From Eledone cirrhosa (lineage: Eukaryota), in contig OZ024757.1 of assembly GCA_964016885.1 (NCBI GenBank), forward strand, positions 13,826,001 to 13,890,000: a stretch of DNA of 64,000 nucleotides, written 5' to 3'. A model generated the notes under the pieces. It made no database searches and was not told the origin of the DNA. It saw only the letters and a list, made by a program, of their open reading frames with translations. The position numbers were made by a program, and so were the translations under genes. Below, piece by piece: positions 13,558 to 26,495 of this stretch. Position 1 is the stretch's first letter; each line of letters starts with the position of its first letter.

Positions 13558-14020
13558 TACATATATAAAGCTCTTAAATAGATATTGAGGTAGCTGTTAT
13601 ATGATCACTGCTTAAAATACTCATGGTGAGCCTATGTGCATGTTTATTAAACATGGAGATATTGTATATGAATCCATATATGTTTTTATTGTGGCTCCCG
13701 CTGTGTTAGTAGCCCATCAAGCTTGCATTATATGTAAATAAGTCATAATAAAAAATGATATATTTACAGTGATTTATTAATTACTAACTTGGCCGGCCTC
13801 TACAAACCTCTCTCTCCACACACGCATACACTTATATACTCACATGCATGTGTGTGTGTTTGTGTGTGTACATGTATATATATGTGAGTGTGTGTATGTA
13901 TATATATATATTTATTAAAATAACAGATTAAAGTTTAAGTGAAGAATCTTATATATTTGATATATATTTATCCTTATCAAGCCCTCTTTGGATTTTAGTC
14001 TTCACATTTATTATTATTAC

Positions 14021-14058
<38 letters not shown>

Positions 14059-14188
14059 TCATGTAAATATATCATTTTATATTGAGGGCGACTGGCAAAG
14101 GTGGAAGATGCTGGATGGCGGTCGTCCTCCGGTCTTTGATTTTCAGCCCCATAGATTTTATTTATTACATTCATTTATTATATTTCGA

Positions 14189-14246
14189 ATACCTGATGAT
14201 ATCACCGGATTCATACGGAACCCGGTCATTGAAATGATCATAGTAT
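14189..14246 (+). ncRNA. Minimal type-I hammerhead ribozyme motif
   Basis: ATAC-CTGATGA-[accgg..ccggt stem II]-GAAA-TGATCA-TA-GTAT, followed by AATAAA. Predicted cleavage after 14242. Confidence 0.75.
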
Positions 14247-14733
14247 AATAAACCTTTCAAGGATTTATACAAGTCCAGCCTCCTGTCATTTCATTATAAT
14301 ATTTAACTCCGTACTAGCACCACCAACTACAAAAACGAAGACGGTTGAACTGCTTTACGTTGAGTACTCTCCATATTATTACATTAAGATTGACCATACG
14401 GAATTGACCAGCTCTATGTAGTGGTGAATCTCAAACCTGAATATATATAGGTAATAGGAAAATGTTTATCCCTGACGGCAGAAGAGTTCAAGCCGTTTCG
14501 ACTGCTATTTCTGGACTCAGAAATAGCCGTTGAAACGGCTTGAGCTCTGCCGTCGGGGATAAACATTCTCCTATTACCCACTCTACTACCCTAAGTATTG
14601 AGTACTCTGGTGCGTTATGGTCCATCTGGTTCCTTACCACACTTCCTTCGTTATATATATATACTTCACTCTACGTTTATATAGAATAATCTATTGATAT
14701 ATGTGAGAGAGAAATGCATGTGAATTTCTTTAC

Positions 14734-14854
<121 letters not shown>

Positions 14855-14922
14855 GTGTGTATATATATATGTTTATATATATATATATATACACACACAG
14901 AGAGACAGTGAGTGAGAAAGAG

Positions 14923-14987
<65 letters not shown>

Positions 14988-15148
14988 ATATTAAGGATAC
15001 TATTTATGGTTATGTATATACTAAAACTTTTTATAGTTATATATATTTTAAACCCTAAACAGTGAAGGTCAGTAATTTATTACTACCTTATTACCAGTAA
15101 GATAAATAGCTCAAAGGAGGTCAATTATGTGTACAAACATTGAAAAAT

Positions 15149-15193
15149 GCTCCGAAGACTCCAAGCCTAGGTTTGGATGAAACAATTGTAAGT
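15149..15193 (+). ncRNA. Degenerate hammerhead motif (core U4->C)
   Basis: GCT-CCGAAGA-[tccaagc/gtttgga]-GAAA-CAATTG-TA-AGT, then AATAAA. Confidence 0.55.
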
Positions 15194-15570
15194 GAATAAA
15201 TGCTTTGAACATAGCTTTGATTCTTGTGAATTCTATATGTATGTATATATATATATATATATATCATACACCTACGGTAGTAGGTGCATAATATTCTGAA
15301 GGTCCCATTTCGGTCACTCGCGACACCTTCAAAGCTTTGTCACTAATTCAATTTTTGATAGAATTGGATGCGGTTTTTTGCACTTTATAGGACCACAGAT
15401 AAGCTACTTTTTGACATAAAAATATTGAAATTTGGTTCAGTAGAAAAAAAGTTACATAAAAATAAGTGAGGACCAAAAGAGTGTAAGGAACTACATACAT
15501 AAGTAACGCTTAGTTTGTTTCTAATTTCTAATATATTAAAATAGTGATAGATTGTGCAATAGTGAATTGT

Positions 15571-15643
15571 GGTCAGGTAGCTCAGTCGGTAGAGCAGCGG
15601 ACCGGCAATCCGAAGGTCGTGGGTTCGATTCCCACCCTGATTA
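15571..15643 (+). tRNA. tRNA-like gene or pseudo-tRNA, anticodon position GGC (Ala-like)
   Basis: Cloverleaf: acceptor GGTCAGG/CCTGATT, D arm GCTC-AGTCGGTA-GAGC, anticodon arm CGGA-CCGGCAA-TCCG, T arm GTGGG-TTCGATT-CCCAC. TTTT at 15645-15648. C33 and G34 are atypical. Confidence 0.6.
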
Positions 15644-15766
15644 CTTTTCCTATCTGCACTTCTTCCTATTCATTATTATTTATTATTATTATTTAACTTA
15701 TTTGTTGATAAATATTTTTATTAATATTAATATAATATCCTTGCATTGCCTGAAAAAAAAGTGGAT

Positions 15767-16972
15767 TACAGGGAAAAATGCGGGTGCATGTAAAGAAATA
15801 TTCTTAAATTAATAAACCTAGAAAAGTAAAGGACAAGTTATTACACCTGGAAAAGTAAAGGACAAGAAAATTTCTTCTTAAAACTTCTTAAAATATTGCA
15901 GCTAAAGTCTAAATTTGAAAAAAAATATTTAGATTATAAAACTAAAAATAAATAATTATAAGTTAATTGTTAAAAAATATCACTTTAAAGGACTGGAAAA
16001 ATGACTGTCTTATAAGGAGAGTTGACTACTGTATACTTAATTTTTTTCTTGGTGTATACAAATTAATCTTTTTAAAATAAAATTTGTACAATAATTTGTA
16101 CAATAATTAATTAATAATAATAGTAATTAATATGTACAATTTATTAATTTATGTTATAAGATATTTAAAAATTTTCACTCTTAATCAAATTATATTTTTA
16201 AAAATTTAGTTATAAAATAATGCAGTAAAATAAATCAAAAACAGTGCATCATATAATTGCACTTTTTATGAGTATTACAGATTTTTTTTATAATATATTA
16301 AAATTCAACATCTCAAGGGGCAAAATTAGGTAAAAGTCAATTCATCAATTATTCATTTATAGTGAATCAATCAATTATAGTGAATTCATCAATTCATTAG
16401 ATGAACTGTTGAATTAGACAATGTTTAATTTTTAATTGTAGTCTAATTTTACTCTACCTAAAAATGTAGATTGGTTATTTTGATCTCTGACAGGTCTTAA
16501 ATTTCATTATTAAACAATTATAATTTGTTATTATTTATCATTACAGTTGGCTCCCTAATTAATTATTAATTAATTGTTAGTGTCATTTACATGCCAAAAT
16601 TTTGTTTTATTTGATGTTTATAATTGTCACTCATTTTTTCAGTCCCATTTAGTAAAATAAAATAAAGTATATTTATTTAATGACCCAACCACTATGGTGT
16701 AAATTAGGATCACAAAATTAAATAAATGATCATAAATTAGTATTATTATCAATTAGAGAGTCAACTGTATTATTAGAATTTATCACTTTCTAATGTATAT
16801 TTAAATCAAATATTTTTTATTATTCAAATTTATACTATAGCTGCAATATTTTAAGAAGTTTTAAGAAGTTTTCTTGTCCTTTACTTTTCCAGGTGTAATA
16901 ACTTGTCCTTTACTTTTCTAGGTTTATTAATTTAAGAATATTTCTTTACATGCGCCCGCATTTTTCCCTGTG
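15767..16972. mobile_element. Non-autonomous DNA transposon with about 135-bp TIRs (YACAGGGAAAAATG ends; possibly CACTA/CMC type)
   Basis: 15767-15904 is the reverse complement of 16838-16972. Subterminal direct repeats gaaaagtaaaggacaag. AT flanks both ends (possible 2-bp TSD). Extremely AT-rich interior with no ORF. Confidence 0.75.
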
Positions 16973-17060
16973 ATATATATATATATATACTCTTTTACTT
17001 TTTTACCTGTTCCAACCATCTGGCTGAGGTCATGCTGGGGCACCGCCCTTGTAACACACA

Positions 17061-17091
<31 letters not shown>

Positions 17092-17881
17092 CCACATACA
17101 CACACACACACACATACACATATGTGTGTGTGTGTGTATGTAAAAGGTAAACAGAAATAACACAATCAGTACAGGAGAGAGTGTGTTTCTCATCTGGGTG
17201 AGAAAGAGTGTAGATAGATAGATAAATAGATAGAAACATTGAAAGAGAGAATGTGTGTGTGTGTGTGTGTGTGTGTGTGGATGAATGTTAAGTTAGTTTA
17301 CTATTATTTGGAGGACTTAACATTCTGTCACAGGACCCCAACCAAGCCTCTCTGTTTTGCACCTGTCTGTATCCCCCCCCCACCATACTGACTGACTCAC
17401 TCACTCACTCACTCACTCACTCACTCACTCACTCACTCACTCACTCACATACTTATACACACACACATGCACGCACAAGCACACTTCCACCTCCTCCACA
17501 TCCTGTCTTAATTTTCAGGTAGTAATATTAGGTGACAATAATGGTGGTTGTTGTGGTTTCAATATGGCGGCGGTGGTGGTGGTGGTGGAGGTAGTGCTGA
17601 TAGTGGTGATGGTGGTGGTGGCGGTGGAACAGAGTGATTAAGGTGATCTTAATGGGGGTGGGGTGTAGTGGTTATGCAGACATTGGTGGCCTTTGTTGAA
17701 AAAAAAAAAAGCGCACCTGCTCTTGTCTGCAATTTGATTGGCTGCTGGTACAGCTCTCTTTCTCTCCTATTGTTGTTTTCTTCTTGCTCTCCCCTCTCTC
17801 TCTTTCTTCTGTTTGTGTGTAGGTATGTATGAATGTGTGTGTGTGTATATATTATATATTGTATATATATATAATGAATAT

Positions 17882-17931
<50 letters not shown>

Positions 17932-18901
17932 CACATGGAGGCATATGGCTTAGTGGTTAGAGCATAGCTCTAGTCCTGTAGAAGCCATTTCTATATTAAA
18001 TATTTATGCTCTATGTATTGAGTACCTTACTTACTGTGGTTACTCCCGATGGAACCTGTGATAACCTTACATTATATATATCATCATCATTTCATTTTAC
18101 GTCCGCTTTTTCCCTGCTTGCAAGGGTGGGACGGGAACTGATTCTGGCTTGATTTCTACAGCTGGATGCCCTTCCTAACACCAACCTCATTTACAGTGAG
18201 TGCTGGGTGCTTTTTTGCCGTGGCACCTCCACGACCACTTTGCAGTGGAATGATAGGGACCCGAGTCCCTATCATCTCATTTCTACAGCTGAGTAAACTG
18301 GAGCAATGTGAAATAAAGTGTCTTGCTCAAGTACACAACACATCACCCGGTCTGAGAATTGAACTCTCAACCTTTCGATTGCAAGACCAATGTCATTGGT
18401 TGATGGATTTAAAGAAAAGGGAATTCTTGAAAAACTATATTTAGAGAACGCAACTACCACCATCACATCAACCACTGCTCTCCTACACATGTGTGTGTAG
18501 GGTAGGTGCTGTTAACCCTTTTCAATTAATTAGTGAAGAAATTTGAAGGATTTACTAAAATTATGAATTATTTCAGTGTTAAGGTAGTATTTGTAACAAA
18601 TGGTTCTTTATGCTGAAAGGTTTATATAAATAGGAACCCTTTCAAATTTGTTGGGGGTTTCTTTCATAGAATCAGGGATGGCATAACATTTAAACTGGCT
18701 TTATCCAGCCAGAAATCTCTCACCTCTTTCTGTTGAAACCAGCTGTAACTTGCCACTTATACTGATGTTAAGGTATTGTTCTCGAAATAAATAATATCAA
18801 AATTTCATAGATTTGGTATTATGAGATAAAGCTTTTACCGTGAAGATATAATAGTAAATATAGAGTAATGTAAATGTTAAAGGGTTAATGGGGGTTGGTA
18901 T

Positions 18902-19135
18902 CGTCTTCTTCGCCCACTTACCCCTGAGAGGGTCGTGGGGGCAAAGTCCTCAAACATTACTTCCAGCAGGTCCTGTCATAAGCAACCATCTCCAATTGAT
19001 CCCGCTGGATCCCCAAGCATGACCAGCATTCATGGATGTTATCCAACCATCTTGCTTGGGATCTACCCCTGGGTCTCCTGCCTGCTGGTTTTGCCTGTGA
19101 AATCTGTCCAGCGATTCTTTCCTGAGACATTCTAA
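18902..19135 (-). mobile_element. RTE-like LINE 3' fragment (related fragments about 7160-7360 and 21808-22000)
   Basis: Minus-strand peptide GRRPRGRSQARWLD..DRTCW; three similar copies end in an (aga)n-like tail. Confidence 0.65.
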
Positions 19136-20029
19136 CCACTGGGTTGATATCAAAATAATTAATTTTCTGTGGGAGATGGTGGGAGCAAAGGAAGAAAGAG
19201 ACAAAAGATCAAAGAACTACAACATACCACAGCACCCCTATCCTCCCATCAAAATCATTCTGTTTTCTGTTCTACTGTATATACATCATGCAGGCTATAT
19301 GTACATGTATATACCTGCAGCCCATAAATAAAATAAATTATACATATACTTAATGGGTGGTTTGAAATGGGATAGGAGGGGAACCCTCTACACCCCTGTC
19401 TAGGCAGTATATCTCAGCTGTGTTCCTGCAGACACTATGGTGAAAGCAATGTTGCAGACAACAGCCAGCAACACACACTACATCAGCCACTCCACCTCCC
19501 ACAGGGCTTCTTCCACAGGTTGAATGCACTTCTCCCAATTTTAGCTTGGGCCTATTTATTCCCAACTTTGCAAGGTTCTGGATTGAATATCATCGTGTAG
19601 GCTTATGGATTAGTCTTGGGTTGACCTAAGCTTTGTGAGTGATATAGGGTAGACAGAAACTGTAGAAGTCCGTTGGGTGAATTGTACCAGGAATTCAAGG
19701 GTCTATTGTTGTCTCACAAACACTCAGTCCCATATTGGTTTTGTCTTAAAATTACATTATGTGTCTGTAGAATATCCAGACACTTACACTGTAATTCAAT
19801 GAGTAAGAAGGTAATTCTTTTTCTTGATTCCGGGGGCTGGCTGAACGCGTGGTGTTGTTTCTTCAGTGGAGTTTTAAATAAACCTGAATCAACTGAATAT
19901 GGCTTCTGGTCTGTTAATAATATATAATGCTCCCGCTTGTACCATTTATACAGGTTGTTGAGCATTTCTTTTTATCTGCTTCACAACTGACCGACCATAA
20001 TATGGTCCATTGTTCAGTTAACCCCATTC

Positions 20030-20077
<48 letters not shown>

Positions 20078-20198
20078 GGAGTAACAAATAATAGTTATAT
20101 GCAGTCCACTTAGGTGTAGTCCAGTTATGGTATTCCGGGTAGTGGGTGATATCAACGCTTGGCTTGGTTTGACTCAACAAGGCGTTTTCATTCTCGCA

Positions 20199-20306
20199 TG
20201 CTCCAAAGAACTGACTGGTTATAATTTTGTATTGGCGATCGAGTAACGTGAAAACAAACGAATAGCGATCTCTAGACCTACCAGTTCAGAGAAACAATTG
20301 TCAGCA
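20199..20306 (+). ncRNA. Degenerate hammerhead motif with about 80-nt stem II (related copy 298-406)
   Basis: TGCT-CCAAAGA-[ctga.ctggt...accagttcag]-GAAA-CAATTG-TC-AGCA. The copy at 298-406 reads TATT-CTGAGGA-...-GAAA-CAATTG-CT-AATA. Confidence 0.55.
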
Positions 20307-20358
20307 ATGAGATTAAAAACCTTTTTTGTATAGCAAACCATGTCAATCTTCTTTCCTG

Positions 20359-20400
<42 letters not shown>

Positions 20401-21262
20401 CATAGTTTAATCTAATCTGGCCGAGTTTACACTCGTAAATAAGAAGAACCAGGGCCACCCCTAGGAGCATTGTTTTTGGTGGACTTCATATTTGTTTCAG
20501 TTGCTGAATAAAATCAGAGGTCGCTGCTTCACCTGAAGGTCAATAGTTCTCTTCTAACTCGAGCGGGAGTGCCTTGCCATTGTCAATTTGCATTGATCAT
20601 CTGCAAAGCCGCATTATTCTCAGAACCACTACACCAGTCTTTCGATGCGTGCAGCTGGAACTACTGCCACCCATTGATTTGGCAGGATTTTTTTTTTTTT
20701 TTTTTTTAGATGGTCGTTGACTCTTATGAGTTCTTCTGCCCTTTGTCAGGTTTTGTTTTTTTGTCCAGCAGGGTGTCCAAAATCACTGATGACCTGACCA
20801 TGTGATGGGTTGTACTGGGTTACATGCTACCAGTAGCACTCAAGAGTGACCTGACAATTAAACATAGTTTATCTAATGCCATAATAGCCATGGGTGGAGT
20901 ACAATCTAGACAAACTAATATTAGAAAGGTTCACTCATATCTTCTCCCTGACTGAAGTTTCTGGAAATAAGAAACAATATTAATTATTCTAACAAATTAA
21001 GAGAATCAACATTGGAAGAAAATCCTTCAGTGGAGAGATTCTTTGGATATAGAAAAAAACCTCCAATAGATAGTATATGGGGCTGATCGTTTTCAAACAG
21101 TTTTGTGTGTTGAATAACATGTGCATCTTTCAACTACCAAATGACTGTGTGAATATCAGGTCAATATAAAAGGGTTGTATTGATGCTAGAAATAGCACAC
21201 ATATCCATCTATCTACTCAACAGTTAAGAAGTAGTATGTGTATATATGTGTGTGTGTGTATG

Positions 21263-21312
<50 letters not shown>

Positions 21313-21643
21313 AGAGAGAATCTGTGGTGCTGAGACCAGGGAAACCACTAATCATGGGAGTACTCAGGATTTTATGTAACTCTCTCTCCGCATATATATA
21401 AAACCATCACCATTTAATGTCTACTGTTTATGATTGCGTACACACACACAGTATAGACCCTAGTATTGAACTAGTGTGCGATTTGAACTCCGGTCACAGA
21501 GTATCAGAACAAATACTACTTGCAAAGCATTTTATCTGACGTTCTAATGACTCTACTACTTTTGTCTACCTTCCACCTTATATACTGTGGTACCAACAAC
21601 TACTCTACTTTTACTGATGTGTTTCTGTTTTTGTTTTTTAAAG

Positions 21644-21783
21644 GTGTGGCACAGAGTTTCGGGGTGAGTACTGTGAGTATTTGAACCCCTGTCGACCCAG
21701 TGCTGAGCATTGTATGAATAATGGTACTTGTGAGGTTTTCCAGAGTGTACAGGTTGTGAAGCCACAATGTACCTGTCAGCTAG
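21644..21783 (+). CDS. Notch: Notch receptor exon (end of EGF1, EGF2)
   Basis: Acceptor ttttgttttttaAAG and donor GTGAGT. Reads CGTEFRGEYCEYLNPCRPSAEHCMNNGTCEVFQSVQVVKPQCTCQL(G). Phase 2 to phase 1, consistent with neighbouring exons. Confidence 0.9.
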
Positions 21784-22269
21784 GTGAGTATATGCATATA
21801 TATATATCTTCTTCTTCTTGCCCCCCTTATTCCTGAGAGAATCGTGGGGGTAGAGCCCTCAAACACTCCCTCCAGTGGGTCCTGTCAGAAGCAACCATCT
21901 CCAATTGATCCAGCTGGATCCTCAAGCTAGACCAGCCAAGCAAAACCAACCAGCAGGAGACCCAGGGGTAGACCTCAAGAAGATGGTTGGATAACAAGTG
22001 TTTATTCATTTATCTGAACACTTTATGTAATCACAGCATCTTAAATGTTATTCCTATATATATATATATATATTTTTAACCTGTTAGTTCTTTCGTTACT
22101 TTGGTATTGTGGGGTTGGGTTTTGCCGACCGCAATGTTCAATTTGTCAAGCTATTTAAACGTATGTTATTACTCTAAGGACCTACCCTTATTGAATGCTT
22201 GGCTAACCATTCCTATCGTAGGTTGACTTTGCTTGGCCACAGCCAAAGCTTCGATTTTACTAAGCTTCC

Positions 22270-22311
<42 letters not shown>

Positions 22312-22359
22312 AATAGCTTCTACAGGACTAGAATGTTTCATTCGGGAGAAATCGTCAGG

Positions 22360-22406
22360 CTTCCTGGTGATTTCTCCCGAATGAAACGGTTCTAGTCCTG
22401 TAGAAG
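22360..22406 (+). ncRNA. Degenerate hammerhead motif inside hairpin 22303-22420
   Basis: CTTC-CTGGTGA-[ttc-tccc-gaa]-GAAA-CGGttctagtcCTG-TA-GAAG. The mirror arm retains CTGACGA on the - strand. Confidence 0.6.
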
Positions 22407-24415
22407 ACATTTCTATATTAGATATTTATACTCTGCTATGTATTAAGTACCTTACTTACGTGGTTACCCCCGATTGAACTCGGGATAAACTTACATATAT
22501 ATATATTGTAAAGAGTCGGGACCCCATTGGCTGAGCTTTTGCCATTTCAATAGCTAGTTCCAGACTGGGTGATTGGTGATGGGTGATTGCTGCTTTTCTG
22601 CCAAAATACCTTGCACGGATTTATGCCTCAGAAGGGAAACAACTTTCTAGTTACAAATCCTATTGTAATATGTGACCAAAGACGATCTCTAGCCTTTATA
22701 CATACATACACACATCTTCTACACTTATATTTGGGTGCACACACGCACACGTATGATATACACAGTGAACTACATTCGGCATGATTGAATCATTAAGAAA
22801 TTAACTCCATAATTCATCTCTTGTATCGTCATATATATTTTTTCTTCCACGCTCGTATATGTAGCACACACAAACATATATCTTCACCTACATTCGGCAT
22901 GTCTGACTGGTTTATTTTGCCAAGGGAAATAAGCATTGCTGAACTATTATCAGTTAATGCAAGAGGAATAACTCCGAAAGAGAAGACGGTCTTTATTCAA
23001 CAAATTTCAGTTAAATGATGTCAGCAATAATTAACAAAAATAAGGGGAAGGAACCCCAGACTCTACACCTCACTGTAGGCAGTATATTTCAGCTGCGCCC
23101 AGTGCAAAAGATGGCCAAAGCATTGCTGTGGAGAAGAGTCAATGACACCCACTTGATCAACCACTGATGTGGACTCCTGCCTTAGATGGGATACAAACCT
23201 TCCAATGTTGAGGAGGAAAAACGGCAGTCCAGGGACCAAATATTTGTATATCTACAATCAAGCTAAAAATAGAAAAAAGAATACTTTTAAAAGATACATT
23301 GACTCCAGTGTCCTCCTCCTCCTCCTTCTTTATTTTTCTATGCTAGAAATATAGAATATTCTGGATGTTCTAGGACAGTCATTGGCAAATTTTGACTTGT
23401 TTAGCTTTCTGAATGACACACCTAATTAAATATTACCTTGAATGTTTTTAGTGTATCATCATCATCATCATCATTTTACGTCCACTTTTCCCTGCTTGCA
23501 AGGGTGGGACGGGAACTGATTCTGGCTTGATTTCTACAGCTGGATGCCCTTCCTAACACCAACCTCATTTACAGTGAGTGCTGGGTGCTTTTTTGCCGTG
23601 GCACCTCCACGACCACTTTGCAGTGGAATGATAGGGACCCCAATCCCTATCATCTCATTTCTACAGCTGAGTAAACTGGAGCAATGTGAAATAAAGTGTC
23701 TTGCTCAAGGAAACAACACATCAGCCAGTCTGAGAATTGAACTCACAACCTTTCGATTGCAAGGCCAATGCTCTAACCACTAAGCCATGTGCCTCCATAT
23801 CACACGCACACGCACGCACGCACGCACGCACGCACGCGCAATATATATATATATAGTGAAAGATTCAGGACCCTGACGGCTGAGTTCTAGCAGTTTTGAC
23901 ATCTGATATATATATATGATGATGATGATGATATGTATATATATGTATTGAACTTTGGTGATTATTCGTTTTTCATTTATATATATGCTCTGTTATTTTG
24001 TAATACTATGGTTACTGGAAATTTACAAATTGGATTTAACTCAGAACTTTCACCAATCTTGATGTGGATAAAATTACAGTAGAGCTTTAAATATTTGAAT
24101 GCCTTATACAGTTGTATCATCAACTCATATGATGTACCTTATATGTATATATATACATATATATATATTCGTTCCTCTTTTCCCACTATGATTTGTTACT
24201 AAGACAACCTAACGGTTTGTCTTGTTTACACTATTTTCGATTATTTTTTCTTTACTTGGACTACCTTTATTTCTGAATCTCCTTTGCGATCCTCTCTCTA
24301 TGTTTGTACTACTGAAGATGGTTAAAGCCCGATACGTCGAACTTTCTTTCCCCTTTTCCATATAAAGTGTGAAATGAATAAGACATTTTGTACCCTTGTT
24401 TGTTGTCTCCTTGAA

Positions 24416-24467
<52 letters not shown>

Positions 24468-24539
24468 GTAGATAGAGGTAGTAGAGAAAAATGTATATAG
24501 ATATACATATATTTATATACATATATATATATATAGTAA

Positions 24540-25230
24540 TAGTAATATACGTGAACGGCAAAGCATAAACGAACTAAGGGAAAAATTAGAAATAAGAGGG
24601 ATCAGATGTTGTTTACTCGAGAGAAGACTACGTTGGTATGGCCACGTGATGCGCATGAAAGACGACAGTTGTATAAAAAAGTGCAGGGCAATAAAAATAG
24701 ACGGTAGCCACGGAGTAGGCAGACCCAGAAAAACCTGGGACGAGCTGATAAATTCCGACCTCACACACTTACACCTCTCCAAGACAATGTCACTGGACCG
24801 AGATCTTTGGCGCTACACAGTAATACAGAAGACCCGCCTTACCTAAGTACAAAGTGAAACCTACTACAGTCAGTAGGCACCTCTAACAAAAAACACCCCG
24901 TCCCACTACCCCCACCCCATCCACATTACTCCCTTTCAATGTAAAGTTATGTGGTACCACAACATCCAGTCCGAAACAAATGAGGTTGTGTAGGTGTCAC
25001 GACAAAAAAACACACAGTCCACGCTGTAATGTGGCCGTGTAGGTAACACGGTAAAAACCTCCCGGTTCCACACTGTAAACGTGGTTGGTGTTAGGAAGGG
25101 CATCCAGCCGTAGAAAACCCGCCAGACAGTCCTATGCGAGCAAGACAACCACTCTTGCCTCAAGTGGGAAAACTCCCGTCCAAACCCATGCAAGCGTGGA
25201 AGATGGACGTTAAACGATGATGATGATGAT
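24540..25230 (+). mobile_element. RTE LINE 3' fragment (near copy of 35914-36656)
   Basis: Near-identical to the 3' part of the 35.4 kb element (RLRWYGHVMRMKDD..GRPRKTWDE) plus the same 3'UTR. Confidence 0.85.
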
Positions 25231-25231
25231 A

Positions 25232-25624
25232 TCATCATCATTTTACGTCCGCTTTTCCCTGCTTGCAAAGGTGGGACGGGTATTATTCAGCACAGCATCT
25301 CTCCACTTGTCACGGTCCTTCGTCATCTCCACTGTGAGCTTCAGCGATCTGAGGTCTGTTCTCACCACCTCCGCCCATGTTTTTCGTGGTCTACCTCTAT
25401 GGCGTCTTCCTTCAACTGTTATTTCCTGGCTCTTCTTCACCCATCGGTCATCCTCCATGCGCATCACATGTCCATACCACCTCAGTCTCTTCTCCCACAC
25501 ACTACATTCTAGCCCTCCCAGACACAGTTTCTCTCTCAACACATTCGTGCTGGGTCGTTCATGCACATTGACATTGCACATCCAACGGAGCATGCTTGCC
25601 TCATTTCTCTCCAGCCATCGCATA
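25232..25624 (-). mobile_element. RTE LINE 3' fragment, second subfamily
   Basis: Minus-strand translation MLRWMC..KRLRWYGHVMRMEDDRWVKK..RGRPRKTW. Its tail gcaagcagggaaaagcggacgtaaaatgatgat is shared with the CORE-type SINE. Confidence 0.8.
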
Positions 25625-25704
25625 TCTATATATATATATATATATATATATAAAGAAAGTAAAGATGTTGATAATCTAACCATCTGTTTTAATGTCTTCT
25701 TCAG

Positions 25705-25839
25705 GATTCCTGGGCAGCATGTGTGAGCAGCGAGATGTAAACAGTGTTTGCTATCATAACCCCTGTAAAAACGGGGGCACGTGTGCCAATGTGAACACAC
25801 TCAAGGAATATAGGTGTATTTGCCGACCAGGATTCTTGG
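25705..25839 (+). CDS. Notch: Notch receptor exon (end of EGF2, EGF3)
   Basis: Acceptor tcttcttCAG and donor GTAAGT. Reads GFLGSMCEQRDVNSVCYHNPCKNGGTCANVNTLKEYRCICRPGFL(G). Phase 1 to phase 1. Confidence 0.92.
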
Positions 25840-26035
25840 GTAAGTCTTTCATTTTATGAAATTTTACTGTCTTATATGATTCAGCTCTTGGATTACTGTA
25901 TCAAACATAATAATACACCATGCCTTTGTGTGTGTGGGTCAAAAGCATAGCACACACTTTTTCCTCTTTGTTTTTCTTTGCTTGTTTCATTCAAGCTTAC
26001 CATCATTCCGTTGGTATACATCTATTACACAATTT

Positions 26036-26095
26036 ACACCTGATGAGGTCACTGGGTTCTTACGCAACCTGGCCACTGAAATGTGTATATAGTGT
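26036..26095 (+). ncRNA. Minimal type-I hammerhead ribozyme motif
   Basis: ACAC-CTGATGA-[ggt..ctgggtt/aacctgg..act]-GAAA-TGTGTATA-TA-GTGT. Lies about 200 nt downstream of a Notch donor site. Confidence 0.7.
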
Positions 26096-26182
26096 TTACA
26101 GTCATAAAAAATTCAGGAAATTCAACATATTTGGCCTGCTGTCATTTCACTTTATATATATATATATATATATATACATATG

Positions 26183-26214
<32 letters not shown>

Positions 26215-26443
26215 TATAGTAATAATAATAAATGTGAAGACTAAAATCCAAAGAGGGCTCGATAAGGATAATATATATATATATAAATATATATAAAAAC
26301 CTTAGAGCAAATATTTATTAAAATAACAGATTAAAGTTTAAGCAAAGAATTGCTGAAATGGAGTTTCAGAAGATCCCGTTAAAGGTGAAAGCAGTGATTC
26401 TTTGCTTAAACTTTAATCTGTTATTTTAATAAATATGTGTCTA

Positions 26444-26495
<52 letters not shown>

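Noticed and set aside
24312-24345. CTGAAGA..GATACGTCG hammerhead-like remnant (similar case about 36921-36975)
   Set aside because: GAAA or core is mutated and stem I cannot be demonstrated; counted only as a possible decayed copy.
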